NCBI GenBank assembly: GCA_964016885.1
Contig: OZ024746.1
Location: forward strand, 101,866,001 to 101,930,000
Reading direction: 5' to 3'
Origin: Eledone cirrhosa
Lineage: Eukaryota
Length of the DNA stretch: 64,000 nucleotides
Below are positions 1 through 11,560 of this stretch, in pieces (the stretch's first letter is position 1; each line of letters begins with the position of its first letter). Made by a program: the position numbers and the translations under genes. The notes under the pieces are model-generated. The model made no database searches. It had not been told where the DNA came from and worked only from the letters and a program-made list of their open reading frames with translations.

Positions 1-927
1 CACCAACACTACCACTTTACAGAGTGTACTGGGTGTATTTTATCATGGCACCAACACTACCACTTTACAGAGTGTACTGGGTGTATTTTATCATGGCACC
101 AACACTACCACTTTACAGAGTGTATTGGGTGTATTTTATCATGGCACCAACACTACCACTTTACAGAGTGTATTGGGTGTATTTTATCATGGCACCAACA
201 CTACCCCTTTACAGAGTGTATTGGGTGTATTTTATCATGGCACCAACACTACCCCTTTACAGAGTGTATTGGGTGTATTTTATCATGGCACCAACACTAC
301 CCCTTTACAGAGTGTATTGGGTGTATTTTATCATGGCACCAACATTACCACTTTACAGAGTGTACTGGGTGTATTTTATCATGGCACCAACACTACCACT
401 TTACAGAGTGTATTGGGTGTATTTTATCATGGCACCAACACTACCACTTTACAGAGTGTATTGGGTGTATTTTATCATGGCACCAACACTACCCCTTTAC
501 AGAGTGTATTGGGTGTATTTTATCATGGCACCAACACTACCCCTTTACAGAGTGTATTGGGTGTATTTTATCATGGCACCAACACTACCCCTTTACAGAG
601 TGTATTGGGTGTATTTTATCATGGCACCAACATTACCACTTTACAGAGTGTACTGGGTGTATTTTATCATGGCACCAACACTACCACTTTACAGAGTGTA
701 TTGGGTGTATTTTATCATGGCACCAACACTACCACTTTACAGAGTGTATTGGGTGTATTTTATCATGGCAGCAACACTACCCCTTTACAGAGTGTATTGG
801 GTGTATTTTATCATGGCACCAACACTACCACTTTACAGAGTGTACTGAGTGTATTTTATCATGGCACCAACACTACCCCTTTACAGAGTGTACTGGGTGT
901 ATTTTATCATGGCACCAACATTACCAC
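1..927. repeat. 48-bp minisatellite, ~19 copies, runs off the window start
   Basis: Unit CACCAACACTACCACTTTACAGAGTGTATTGGGTGTATTTTATCATGG with near-identical copies. It explains the 16-aa periodic ORFs. Confidence 0.97.
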
Positions 928-1239
928 TCATTGTATCCTCATCTAGACTGGGAAATGACATGAGTGCAGGAGATAGCGATATACATGTTGCTTGCTGAGA
1001 AGTGGTCTTAAAGAGAGTGACATCTTATAGTACTGGTATGGCTGGACCAGGGACCGAGAATGTGGGAGGGAGAGTACGTGTTGTGATCTTCAAGAAAGGG
1101 AGTGAATGATCAACATTTGGCAATACATTGCAAAGTTGCATCTGTGCTTCCATAGTTACATGAGTTGGCTGGGGGAAATAGGGGGTTCGGTAGGTGGAGG
1201 TTAGCTAGTGAGTGAGGTACCTTTCTGCTTCTACCATGC

Positions 1240-1660
1240 TTCCAATGTGTGTTTCATCCTGATCATGTTGGAACATAAATCACCAGTCATCTTCATAAGG
1301 TTAACCTTTACCATATCATTCCAATTCTACCTCTTCCACATCATCCATCATATGTATCACATATCCATAGCAACAGTTTTTCTATATTCGGTGCATCTAG
1401 TCCTCTCTTATACTCAGTTTTTCTATTTGATAGTTCATCTTTTACGTACACTGCTATTGCACATCCATGGAAACATGTCTCATTTCTTTCCAAACTTCAC
1501 TGATCTTCTGCATTCAAGGCCCCTCACTTTCATACAACATCACAATTTTTACTCAGGTATCATACAATCTGCTTATCTTCATGAGAGAGGAGCTTTTTCC
1601 ACCTGATTCTCCCTCTATGACATTCATCAATTTGAGGTGACAATAGAAAGCATTTGCCAT
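1240..1660 (-). mobile_element. Highly decayed RTE LINE 3' fragment
   Basis: Patchy similarity to the 3' ORF part of the RTE copies at 5480-5790 and 19850-20200. Boundaries are approximate. Confidence 0.45.
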
Positions 1661-1739
1661 AAAGGACCAAACCTGAAACCATGATTATAAAAGAAATTAT
1701 TGAAAACTGAAAATTTCTTTCATAAAAACTTATGTGTAT

Positions 1740-1802
1740 TTTATTGATTTTACTTTTTAAAAACAAAACAAAAAGATCATCTTTTATTTGGAATGTTTTA
1801 TT
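1740..1802 (-). promoter_or_regulatory. Candidate TSN polyadenylation signals
   Basis: Minus-strand AATAAA at 1797-1802, 1783-1788 and 1740-1745, 60-120 nt after the stop codon. The context is AT-rich, so chance matches are possible. Confidence 0.45.
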
Positions 1803-1859
1803 AAATACAAATCATAGAAATAAAAAGAAAAAAAGTTTTTGTATCTTACACATCCAAAC

Positions 1860-2081
1860 TCATTCATTTTCTGTGTTTTTATTGAGTCCACGAATTGATA
1901 AATCATAAACTATTTCTTCAATCTTTTTCAAGTCATATTTCAAAACATCATATCGTTTGCGTAAAGAATCATTTTTCAAATTTAACAACCTAAATCCAGC
2001 ATCCAGCTGTGTGACAGATTTCCTAATCAGCAATGGTTTTTGATAGTCTCCAGCAGTAACAGAGTTGACAGCCAAACGAGT
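1860..2081 (-). CDS. TSN: Translin exon 6 (last coding exon)
   Basis: AG acceptor at 2082-2083. Encodes TRLAVNSVTAGDYQKPLLIRKSVTQLDAGFRLLNLKNDSLRKRYDVLKYDLKKIEEIVYDLSIRGL, the translin C-terminus. TGA at 1860-1862. Confidence 0.97.
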   Translation of the reverse strand, partial: TRLAVNSVTAGDYQKPLLIRKSVTQLDAGFRLLNLKNDSLRKRYDVLKYDLKKIEEIVYDLSIRGLNKNTENE

Positions 2082-2444
2082 CTAAAAATGGAACTAATAT
2101 ACATCAGATATCTGTTAGAAAAACAAAGATCTTATAAAAATAAATAAACTTAGTTTGATGTATCATGTATATATGGAGAGGTTTCTAGCCCCTCAATTCA
2201 ACCTGTCTTCATTTCTGCAGAGAGGGACATGAGAAATTGTTCCCTGTAACCTTTCTCAAGGAGCAATATAGCTAATTCCAAAAGAAGGTGGGGGATGACT
2301 TGACCCCTAGTAATTGACTGGAGAGAAAGAGGTTTATTATAAGAATTATTTGATAGGGCATGAAAATGAATGAAGAATTTTAAGCTTTTTTAATTCAGAC
2401 ATATTAGAAAAAAATATAATGTACAAACTAAACAACACCCTCTC

Positions 2445-2628
2445 TGGATTGGCAGTATCGGTAGAGGGTCGGACGTCATGCTTTCCAGCATAGTTACGTC
2501 CCTTTACGATCTGAGTTCAAATCCCGCCGAGGTTGACTTTGCCTTTTATCCTTACGAGGTCGATAAAATAAAGTACCAGTAATGCACTGGGTAATTGCTG
2601 GCCTTGTGCCTAAAGTAGAAACAATTAT
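2445..2628 (+). mobile_element. tRNA-derived SINE (Meta-domain-like centre)
   Basis: A box TGGCAGTATCGG, B box GAGTTCAAATC, centre GACTTTGCCTTT.ATCCTT.CGAGGTCGATAAAATAAAGTACCAG. Near-identical copy at 34631. Confidence 0.85.
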
Positions 2629-3217
2629 TTTATGTCCACTTTCCATGCTGGTATTAAGTCAGACAGGGTAATTTATTGCTCTCCTAGATGAATCAGAAGA
2701 TGTCTTGCTCATATGTTCCATTTTTGGCTTAGATGCTCTTTAGGGTAAACTGGTTGTATTGACAACAACACTAGACAGGATGTCCTTTCTATCCTACATT
2801 CTCTCTATTCAATCACCAGCCACTTAGAGTGTTCTGGGTCTATTTTATTGTGGCATCAACACACCAACACTACAAAGGATACCTTGTCCATTGCATAGAT
2901 AAAAAGTTTTCTCCTCTCTACACAGTCTCTGTTCTCTCAAAGCAAATGTCCGGAGAATGAGATTAGAAGAGGAGTGATGGTCAAGAGCTTGATAGAGGAG
3001 TTTGAATTTAAATGTGAAGAAAGAAATATAAAAAAAATGTTAGGTGTTGGAGGCTGTACAAAGAAAGTGATAGCTACATGTTAGCTGTCAGTGTTTGGAA
3101 TAGAAACCAGCATGAGCAATGTAATAGGATAGCAATAGGGATATGTCAAGGGAACAGAGAGGTAGTAATGTTATAAATATATTTTATTATAAAGAATCTG
3201 ATAGGATGATCACTTAC

Positions 3218-3297
3218 AAGTTCTGTTGCCAACTGTAAAAGGCCAATAAGGAAATCTTCAAGATCCAAATGGAAACCATCATTTCTATCGCCTTTTA
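3218..3297 (-). CDS. TSN: Translin exon 5 (80 nt)
   Basis: AG...GTAAG boundaries. Encodes KGDRNDGFHLDLEDFLIGLLQLATEL, in phase with exons 4 and 6. Confidence 0.95.
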
Positions 3298-3566
3298 CTA
3301 AGAAAAAAAAACAATACAAAAATAAACTGTTTCATAGAAAAACAACACAGCCTCTTACCAATATGGTTTTAAAATCTGTTCCTATTTGAAACATATTTTT
3401 ATGTTAATAGCTTCTTATTAAATTCATTTTTCTATGAGTTCTACCTCACCTGTGTCACAACTACCATATTTATTCATGTATAATCCGAATATTATAGGTG
3501 AAAAATATAAATGGTAGAATAAGGATATTGAAAACAAAAGATAAGGATAGAAAGAATGACAACTAC

Positions 3567-3676
3567 TGATCACACCTGTCTTACAGACATAGTTGATCAC
3601 ACCTGTCTTACACATAGTTGATCACACCTGTCTTACACAGATATAGTTGATCACACCTGTCTTACATAGACATAGT
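3567..3676. repeat. Short tandem repeat, 25-29 bp x4
   Basis: TGATCACACCTGTCTTAC occurs four times. Confidence 0.9.
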
Positions 3677-3849
3677 AAAACCACTTAACCTTCAGCACTG
3701 CTGGTATAGTCACTGACTCCCCATCTCTCACTATTATAAGCAAATGGGGCCCCACACACTGGCCACCCCTTGACCCCAGCAGACAGAATAGAGGAGGCGT
3801 TTTCTTGGAGAATGGTGAGGGAGAGCCATTCCATCTCACAAGGCTAAGT

Positions 3850-4520
3850 TGGGGGGTGATCCTAGGGCCAAGGATACCAGAAGTCTCCACTGCTAGGGGC
3901 TCGACAGCAAACATGTCCGAGAGCGACCATTATTTGCATTTTTTACCCTCCTTAGCCTGAAGCACAGCAGAGCCTGGACTAGTTGCAGACTGCAACAGTT
4001 TCTGCTGGAGAATGCGTCCCTGCATGTGTCATTCCAGATGAGTGGTTTAGCATCACAGAATGGGAAGATGCTTATGCCATTTGGCCTTTTGTCATCCTCT
4101 CGGTCCAACCCTTCCGGCTCAAGCTGGGAGGGGAAGCCGGCAGCATCCAAGCCATGCTTTATGAACATTGAGAGCAGCATGGCATGGAAGGTGGCAGGCA
4201 ATGTAGCAACAGGACAGCAGGTGGAGGCCAAAAGAGTCTACGGTGGATCCACAACATTTGTGTGGCTCGCATATCCAAAAGGAATGCCAGCAAAGCCAGC
4301 AAGACCAGAGACCAAGGCCATTTCTAACAGTTAAGGTGGCCTGTTGCCATCCAAAGTCATCAAACCTGATGTTGCATATCTTCTCAGCTGCCACTTGGCT
4401 ACAATTGTCAAGATCAGAGCAGAGAGATGCAAGGCTGTAGTAAGGAGCGTTACAAAATGTGTAGAGGAGCTTCAGCATAGCGAAGCATTTCCTCAACAAA
4501 TACAGGAGTACACAGTTTCA
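3850..4520 (-). mobile_element. Decayed CRE-like (restriction-like endonuclease) non-LTR retrotransposon 3' part
   Basis: Frameshifted pieces CEPHKCCGSTVDSFGLHLLSC (zinc knuckle), EPEGLDREDDKRPNG...LIWNDTC (RPDG-type RLE motif) and PLAVETSGILG. Confidence 0.75.
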
Positions 4521-4904
4521 GACATTTTTACTTAGCTTAAAAATACTCATTTGAAATGGTAGGATTACAAATAGTCTCAGTGGTGTAATCTATATTATAA
4601 TACTATAAGAGAGAAGGAAATAATACTCCACCTCCCTCTAACTAAAATGTAACATCCAAACAAACAAAAAGAATATTTTGGGGACCCAGCCGGATCAGTT
4701 AAAGACGGTTGCTCCTGACAGGATCCAGTGGAAAGGGTGTTGGAGGACTCTTCCCCCACAAGAAGAAAAAACATATTCAAGTCGTATTACTCACAAAAGA
4801 ATATGGTGCCTATTTTACCATAAGCAAAAGAGTGAATAAGTTATTGAACATAACCAACTTTCGTATTGTGAGTTAAAATCAACAACTCTTTTCTTGTTAC
4901 TCAT

Positions 4905-5790
4905 GATCATCACCATTTTATGTCCGTTCTTCCATGCTAGCATGGGTTAGACCGGTTGTCCTGTTGTGGGCAGTGTCCAGTCGGCTGACCTTGTCTTGCT
5001 CATACAGGAAGGAACTGATTCTGGCTTGATTTCTACAGCTGGATGTCCTTCCTAACACCAACCTCATTTACAGTGTGGGCTGGGTGCTTTTTTGCCGTGG
5101 CACCTCCACAACCACTTTGCAGTGGGAGAGGGTGGGGGCATATTGTCTATCCACCCCCATCTACACCCCCCCCCCTTTCTCTGTAAAGATATGTTGGTGC
5201 CACAACATCCAGTCCTAAATAAATGAGATCGTGTAGGTGTCAGGAGAAAAAAAAAACACACACAGTCCACGCTGTAATGTGGCCGTGTAGGTAACACGGT
5301 AAAAACCTCCCAGTCCACACTTTAAACGTAATTGGTGTTAGGAAGGGCATCCAGCTGGAGAAAACCCGCCAGACAGTCCTATACAAGCAAGACAACCAAT
5401 CTTGCCTCACATGGGACAATTCCCGTCTAACCCATGCTAGCGTGGAAGATAAACGTTAAACAATGATGATGATGATGCTTCGGATTGTTCCTGTTGGAAA
5501 TCAAGTCTTCTGTATTACTGTGTGACGCCGGAGGTCACGGTCGTGTGTCATTGCCCTTGAGAGGGTAAGGTCGGCCTTCATCACCTCATCCCAGGTCTTC
5601 CTGGGTCTCCCCACTCCGCGGCTTCCAACGACTTCTAGTGCTCTGCACCTTTTTATGCAGCTGTCATCCTTCATACGCATCACATGTCCATACCAACGTA
5701 ACCTCCTCTCCTGCACACAGCATTTGATTCCTATTATGCTCAGTCTCTCTCTCAATTCGTTTATGCTTTGCCGTATATTACTATTACTGG
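4905..5790. mobile_element. Cluster of RTE-family 3' ends in both orientations
   Basis: Minus-strand tail CATCAC...CCATGCTAGCATGGGTTAGAC at 4905. Plus-strand piece ending GTCTAACCCATGCTAGC...(GAT)n at 5476. Minus-strand ORF end RLRWYGHV at 5501-5755. Confidence 0.8.
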
Positions 5791-5896
5791 AAATGATATT
5801 TCTTATATTCCTCCACTGGCTTCGGTCATTTCACTGTAGCCATACCTTGCTACCACTTTCGAAATTTTTCGTTGATTACAAGAATTCAATATTTTT

Positions 5897-6106
5897 GGTG
5901 GATTGGCAGTATCAGTGGAGCCTCAGACAACAGGCTTTATGGCATAGAGTTATACCCCTTTACGATCTGAGTTCAAATCCTGCAGAGGTTGACTTTGCCT
6001 TTCATCCTTATCGGGTCGATAAAATAAAGTACCAGTAATGCACTGATGTCGATTTAATCGAATTTCCCTCCCCAAAATTGTTGGCCTTGTGCCTAAATCA
6101 GAAACC
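5897..6106 (+). mobile_element. tRNA-derived SINE, same family as 2445
   Basis: A and B boxes plus the same centre. Flanked by a candidate target-site duplication CAATATTTTTT. Confidence 0.85.
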
Positions 6107-6112
6107 AATATT

Positions 6113-6180
6113 TTTTTACTTCCGATTAAATTACCTCCCTTCATACGTTTGAAGGGAGGTAACTCAATCAGAAGTAAAAA
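6113..6180 (-). other. 31-bp stem hairpin
   Basis: Arms TTTTTACTTCCGATTAAATTACCTCCCTTCA and TGAAGGGAGGTAACTCAATCAGAAGTAAAAA with a 6-nt loop and 3 non-Watson-Crick positions. Confidence 0.85.
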
Positions 6181-6606
6181 TACCTGGAAATATTTTGTTT
6201 ACCATAAAATTTATATCAGCTAGCGATATACCGTCATCTTCGTTTGAATGCCTTTTCTCTTGTTTTTTTCTATGTTGGTAGGATGTGGACAAACAGAAAA
6301 TATGATGATGTTTTGCTGTAGGCGAACCTTAATTGAGAGACCTGTGATAAAAGCTCGTCTAACATCCCAGGTTTCTTTCCTAAACAATTTACTCATCAAA
6401 ATGGTGTGATCCAAGGGAAATTTCACTGACATTTCTAGTAGGTTAAGTGACTACATAGATAGACATTACTTGCAGTGAAGGATATAGGATAGAAACGAAA
6501 GTAGATATATATTATTCATGCCATGAAAATAATCATCATCGTTTTTACGTCCGTAAAATATATATACATATATGTATATCATAGAGATATATATACATAT
6601 ATATCA

Positions 6607-7240
6607 TAGAGATATGTGTTCAATCATAGGGTATCAAAACTCACCAGAGTGACGAACATATTACCTATGATCCCCTATAATTGAACACATATCTCTATAT
6701 GTACTTCTCTCTATATGCTGATTTATAAAGAGCCCGGAATCTATTCCTTGAGCTCATTAAATTATAGGGGATTAATGTGAGTCTTTAACTCAGTTTTTTA
6801 AGTTGATATATTGGCTCCTAATTCCTTTCTATATGTAAATAGAGCTTCTTAAGTTGAATGATTCAGAGCTGCTATTTTTAGCGGTCTTTTGGTCTATTCA
6901 CACCACCATGGGCTATAAAACATGTCTTTTCTCTATACCATATGTGTTTTCTTAGTTATCTGATATATTTTTATAGAAGTGTTGTTCATATTGCTAGGGC
7001 ACCCGCCGATGAGTTACATCTACAATATGTATTCTTCACTTTTTATAGTGAAACACACACCTATTTGAGCATGTCCAGGTGTTATTGTTATAATCGAATG
7101 GTTAGTACACTTTAATATATTCTTTTTATGATTTATATTCACCATTCCTTCCGTAGGTAATATGTTTGTCACTCTGATAGTTTTTGACCCCCTATGATTG
7201 AACACATATCTCTGTGTGTACTTCTCTCAATATGTTGATT
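6607..7240. mobile_element. TA-flanked element with inverted plus direct terminal repeats (Penelope pLTR-like)
   Basis: ~60-bp inverted repeat 6607-6667 versus 7153-7213, and direct repeat 6669-6725 versus 7187-7243. Confidence 0.6.
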
Positions 7241-7949
7241 TATATATATCTGTGTGTGTGTATGTGTATCCCAGGTTCAATCGGGGGTAACCACAGTAAA
7301 TAAGGAACTCAATACATAGTAGAGTATATACAATATTTAATATAGAAATATATTCAAAGGAAATCATCAGGAAAGCCCTAATTTCCTTCGAATGAAACAG
7401 TTCTAGTCCTGTAGAAGCCATTTATATATATATACAAATATAGTTTGGAACTAGCTGTTGAAACGGCAAGAGCTCAGCCATCGGGGTCCCAGCTCTTTCT
7501 TATAACCATACTCTACTAAGTATCAAGTACTCTGGTGAGTAATGGTCTAAACAGGTTTTTACTGTATCCATATAATAGTTATAAGAGTAAGAAATAGGTT
7601 TTACTCATTTACCAGGTGGATTGCATGGATTAAGTTATACATCTTTGAAAAATTAATATTATTTCAAAAAATTATTTTAAGCATCATCATCATTTAACAT
7701 CCATCTTCCACACTGGCATGGTAAACACATTTGACATATACTATAAACTGACTATACACACTACATCTTATCCATTAGCCTTATTCAATAAGTATCATAT
7801 GTTTAAATGCCTTTTTTGGAGAATTATTTTAGAGATTTGTCAAGATATTTTGTTGATGGTTTATAGATTTAATAAACTCTGATGATTCCTATGGTTTGTA
7901 CTGACTAACAACAGATTGTTGAATAAAATAATTTGCTGTTAAATGTGTA

Positions 7950-8700
7950 TTCTTATAGGAAGAAACAATTGTTAGTAATTAAATGTCTTAAACTTTTAAC
8001 ATTGGTTAGTCATATCAATGATATTAATAAATGGAAACTATCTTTATAAAACCATATTTATTTTATTATATATATTTCAAGGGTACCAAAATTTTGGTAC
8101 GCTCTCATCAGATAAAATACAAAAGTTGTTTTATAAAAAGTGACATATCCAAAAAACAAGAACTTTTCGATTTAAGTTCAGTTTGGATAGTGAAAGAAAT
8201 TTCAAATCTTAGGATGAATATGTTAATGAGGCTAACGTAAAGTTGAAAAAGATTGTTAAATTTAGACGCTAGGTAAATTTAAATAATTATTAGGATAATT
8301 TTTTAAGGGAAGAAGAGACAGAGGTTAATATTAATATTAGGGTGTAAGAAAATTTAAAGAATGAGTATAAGAAAAAAAAAGTATATTATAGTTAGAAATA
8401 CGCTATTATTATTAAAATATAATTGTATGGATGATATCAGCTAAATAAGCCTTGTGCCTAAAGTAGAAACAATTATTGTCTTTTAAGTACCAAATTAGAT
8501 GTGAAAGTGATGTTGAAAATTTTTTGTCTTGATCTATTAAATGTATGTTTGTGATTATACCAGCGTTCCTTAAATTTTGTAGAAGTGGCTCCTATATAAT
8601 TATATATTTTATCTCTAGTTTTTACAATGCATTTATATACTAAGTTTTTATCTAGACAATTATTCTGTAAAGGGCAATTTAATTCGTTTCTACAGTTGGG
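7950..8700 (-). mobile_element. Penelope-like element remnant (GIY-YIG endonuclease plus 3' terminal repeat)
   Basis: NCRNELNCPLQNNCLDKNLVYKCIV...YNYIGATSTKFKERWYNH in ORF 8473-8772, followed by an HHR at 8061-8117. Confidence 0.85.
8061..8117 (-). ncRNA. Minimal type I hammerhead ribozyme, sense to TSN
   Basis: UUUUAU-CUGAUGA-GAGC GUACCAA AAUU UUGGUAC CCUU-GAA AUAUAUAU A-AUAAAA. 6-bp stem I, long stem II, palindromic stem III, AUA cleavage triplet. Confidence 0.75.
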
Positions 8701-9000
8701 GGACATCATCAGGACAGTGCCTTCCCTGCTCTCTGCTGGAATTTGAAACAGGCAAAAATATAGTTTTTTCACCTATGTAGATGGGCTGATTAACCTCATT
8801 AGCATATGGAGCTGTATAAGCTGGCTCAGATTAAAAGTAGAATTAAAAGTTTAGCTCTGACATAGCTGTATACATATAAGTATGTGAATTTCGTATATCT
8901 AATGATATATGGTATGTTTAATAAATAAACATTTGGAAAGTCTTCCAGCTATAAATATTGAAAGACTGATGTCTAGCGCCATCTAGTGGGTTCCAGCATA
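8700..9000 (-). mobile_element. Dispersed copy of the ~334-bp HHR repeat family
   Basis: The reverse complement aligns by eye with 32150-32445. The HHR is deleted after CTGATGA. Confidence 0.7.
8974..8989 (-). promoter_or_regulatory. CTCF-like motif
   Basis: CCACTAGATGGCGCTA matches the bilaterian CTCF core consensus. Binding is not shown. Confidence 0.5.
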
Positions 9001-9009
9001 TATTCTGGT

Positions 9010-10050
9010 GGTCCCTAAGGAAACTAAGTGTAGAGGAATGGCTTGTGAGGACAGTGCAAGCTATGTACAGAGGTACTGTCAGTAAAGTGAGAGTATGAAT
9101 GGAGTTTAGTGAGGAATTCCAGATACAAGTAGGAGTACATCAGGGTTCGGTCCTCAGCCTGCTCTTGTTCATTATAGTCCTCCAAGCCATAACAGAGGAG
9201 TTTAAGACTGGATGCCCATGGGAACTTCTCTATGCTGATGATCTGGTTCTTATAGCAGAATCAGTAGAGGAGCTAGAGAATAAATTCTGGCTATGGAAAC
9301 AACAGTTGGAATCAAGAAGACTGAGAGTGAACCTAGCTAAGACTAAAGTGTTGATAAGTAGAAGAGAAGACAAAACTCTGATTCCGTCATGGAAATGGCC
9401 ATGTTCGATATGTAGGAAAGGAACTGTCATAAATTCCATAAAATGTACGCAATGCAGATCTTGGGTACACAAGAGATGTAGTGGGATAGCAGGCAAACTA
9501 ACAGGTAGGGAGAAATACGTATGCAGAAGATGTACAGGGAAATTAGACAGTAGAAGTCGCAGTGATAGACACATTTTTCAAATGCAGGCGAGTGCTATAA
9601 AAGTGGTGGATAGCTTCCGATGCCTAGGTGATCAGATTAGCATGGGAGGGGGTGTTCCGAGGCCATATTATCTAGAATAAGGACGGGCTGTAAGAAGTTT
9701 AGGGAGATGCTTCCTCTGTTGACAAAGAAGGGTTTCTCCCTGTATACGAAAGGCCAGTTATATGATGCCTGTGTAAGGAGCGCGATGTTGCATGGTAGTG
9801 AGACATGGGCAGCAACTACAGAGGATATGCGATGACTGGAGAGAAATGAAGCAACCATGCTCCGTTGGATGTGTAATGTCAATGTGCGTGAACAACTAAG
9901 CATAGACGAGTTGAGAGAGAAACTGTGTATAAGAGGGATAAGCTGTAGTGTGCAGGAGAGAAGACTGAGATGGTATGGATATGTGATGTGCATGGAGGAT
10001 GACCGCTGGGTAAAAAAGTGCCAAGAAATCCCTGTAGAGGAAGACCACGA
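9010..10050 (+). mobile_element. RTE LINE fragment (RT C-terminal half), decayed
   Basis: GVHQGSVLS, ELLYADDL, Cys-rich WPCSICRK...WVHKRC and RLRWYG, with stops and frameshifts. Confidence 0.92.
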
Positions 10051-10204
10051 TGATTCACACAATTTATTTTGCTTTAACTAAGGTCTTTACAAACTTCTAT
10101 TTCCTCACTAGTCTCCATTACCAATCCTCATTAAATTTGGAGTTGGCAACAAATAGAAAGAGAGTAAACATTGCTATAAAAGAAAGAGAAAAGTAACAAC
10201 TTAC

Positions 10205-10320
10205 AGCCTAACATCTCAGCAGTGTCTTCATAACATATCAAACTATCAGTTTGAAGATAGAACAAAAATGCAGCCAAAAATGAAAGCCTTTGTGTGACAA
10301 ACCTCCAATGATCATGGAAT
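10205..10320 (-). CDS. TSN: Translin exon 4 (116 nt)
   Basis: TTTTTCAG acceptor and GTAAG donor. Encodes FHDHWRFVTQRLSFLAAFLFYLQTDSLICYEDTAEMLG, including the translin FHxHWRF basic motif. Confidence 0.96.
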
Positions 10321-10351
10321 CTGAAAAACAATATTTAAATGAAACATTTAA

Positions 10352-10745
10352 ATATATGACTATATATATATTCATATATAAATATATAACTATATATATA
10401 TATTCACATATAAATATATAACTATATATATATTCACATATAAATATATTACTATATATATGACTATACATAGTAATATATATATATATGACTATATATA
10501 TATTACTATATATATTATTGTATATATAACTATATATATATGACTATATATATATAACTATATATATATGATTATATATATATAACTATATATATATGAT
10601 TATATATATATAACTATATATATATAACTATATATATATATAACTATATATATATGACTATATATATATAACTATATATATATGACTATATATATATGAC
10701 TATATATATATGACTATATATATGTGACTATATATATATTCACAT
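10352..10745. repeat. (GAC/AAC)(TA)n compound microsatellite
   Basis: Units of about 14-16 bp, next to the exon 4 acceptor. Confidence 0.9.
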
Positions 10746-11560
10746 ATAATTCACATTTTGTGTTCAACCTTTGAGCTGCAGCTAAAGTCACACATCCTAA
10801 TTATTACCTATGTCTTATGTTGACAGAAATTGTAATGTATTGTTAGAGTTATTGGCTAGAATAGATCAGTACTTTTAAATTGTTGGTTCACTGATGATAT
10901 TTCATATTTTATGTCCAGTTTCCTAATTTGCAACATCTAATCAGCATTGGGATTACAACCAGATATCATCGTTGTTTGATGTCTATTTTCCATGGCTTAG
11001 ACAAGTTGTTATCAGACCACATCAGGTGATCATGTCTTACTTATATGAGACTGGTTTCAAGAGCTGGGTGCCCATCATAATGCCAGCTATGTGGAGGACA
11101 TCATTTAACGTCTATGTTTCCATGCTTGTTTGGAGTTTGGGTTTGGAGACCATGTCTTACTCATACAGGTCTGTATTTTGGGTTGGTTTCTAGAGCTGGA
11201 TACGCTTCCTAAGGCCAATCATGTTACATGTATATATAAATTCATGAGACTGTGTATAATCGCTGGCATGTATATTTAGTAGCATAATCAAATTTTACTA
11301 AAGAATTTGTTTTTGTTTTCATGACAGCATCAACACTGACATTCTTATAGACTGGGTAATGACAACCAAACTAGCCACATAATCATGTGAGGGGAATGTA
11401 GCATGCAGGAGAGATGGTCGCACTGGGATAGATATACAATGAATATAGAAGAAATGCCAGGAGTTGCAAGTGGAAGGAAGCTGTGAAAGAAGACCAAAAA
11501 ATGAGCTGAAGTGGTGAAAGATAATCAGATGACAAAGAAAAGAGACGGTGGGGTGATGTT

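Noticed and set aside
24-946. Periodic 273-274 aa ORFs
   Set aside because: They result from a 48-bp unit that lacks stops in those frames.
2450-2530. tRNA gene
   Set aside because: A and B boxes are present but no cloverleaf forms. It is the head of a multi-copy SINE.
8684-8712. Minus-strand CTGATGA...GAAAC resembling an HHR
   Set aside because: Chance junction of a deleted repeat copy and Penelope coding sequence. No stem II can form.
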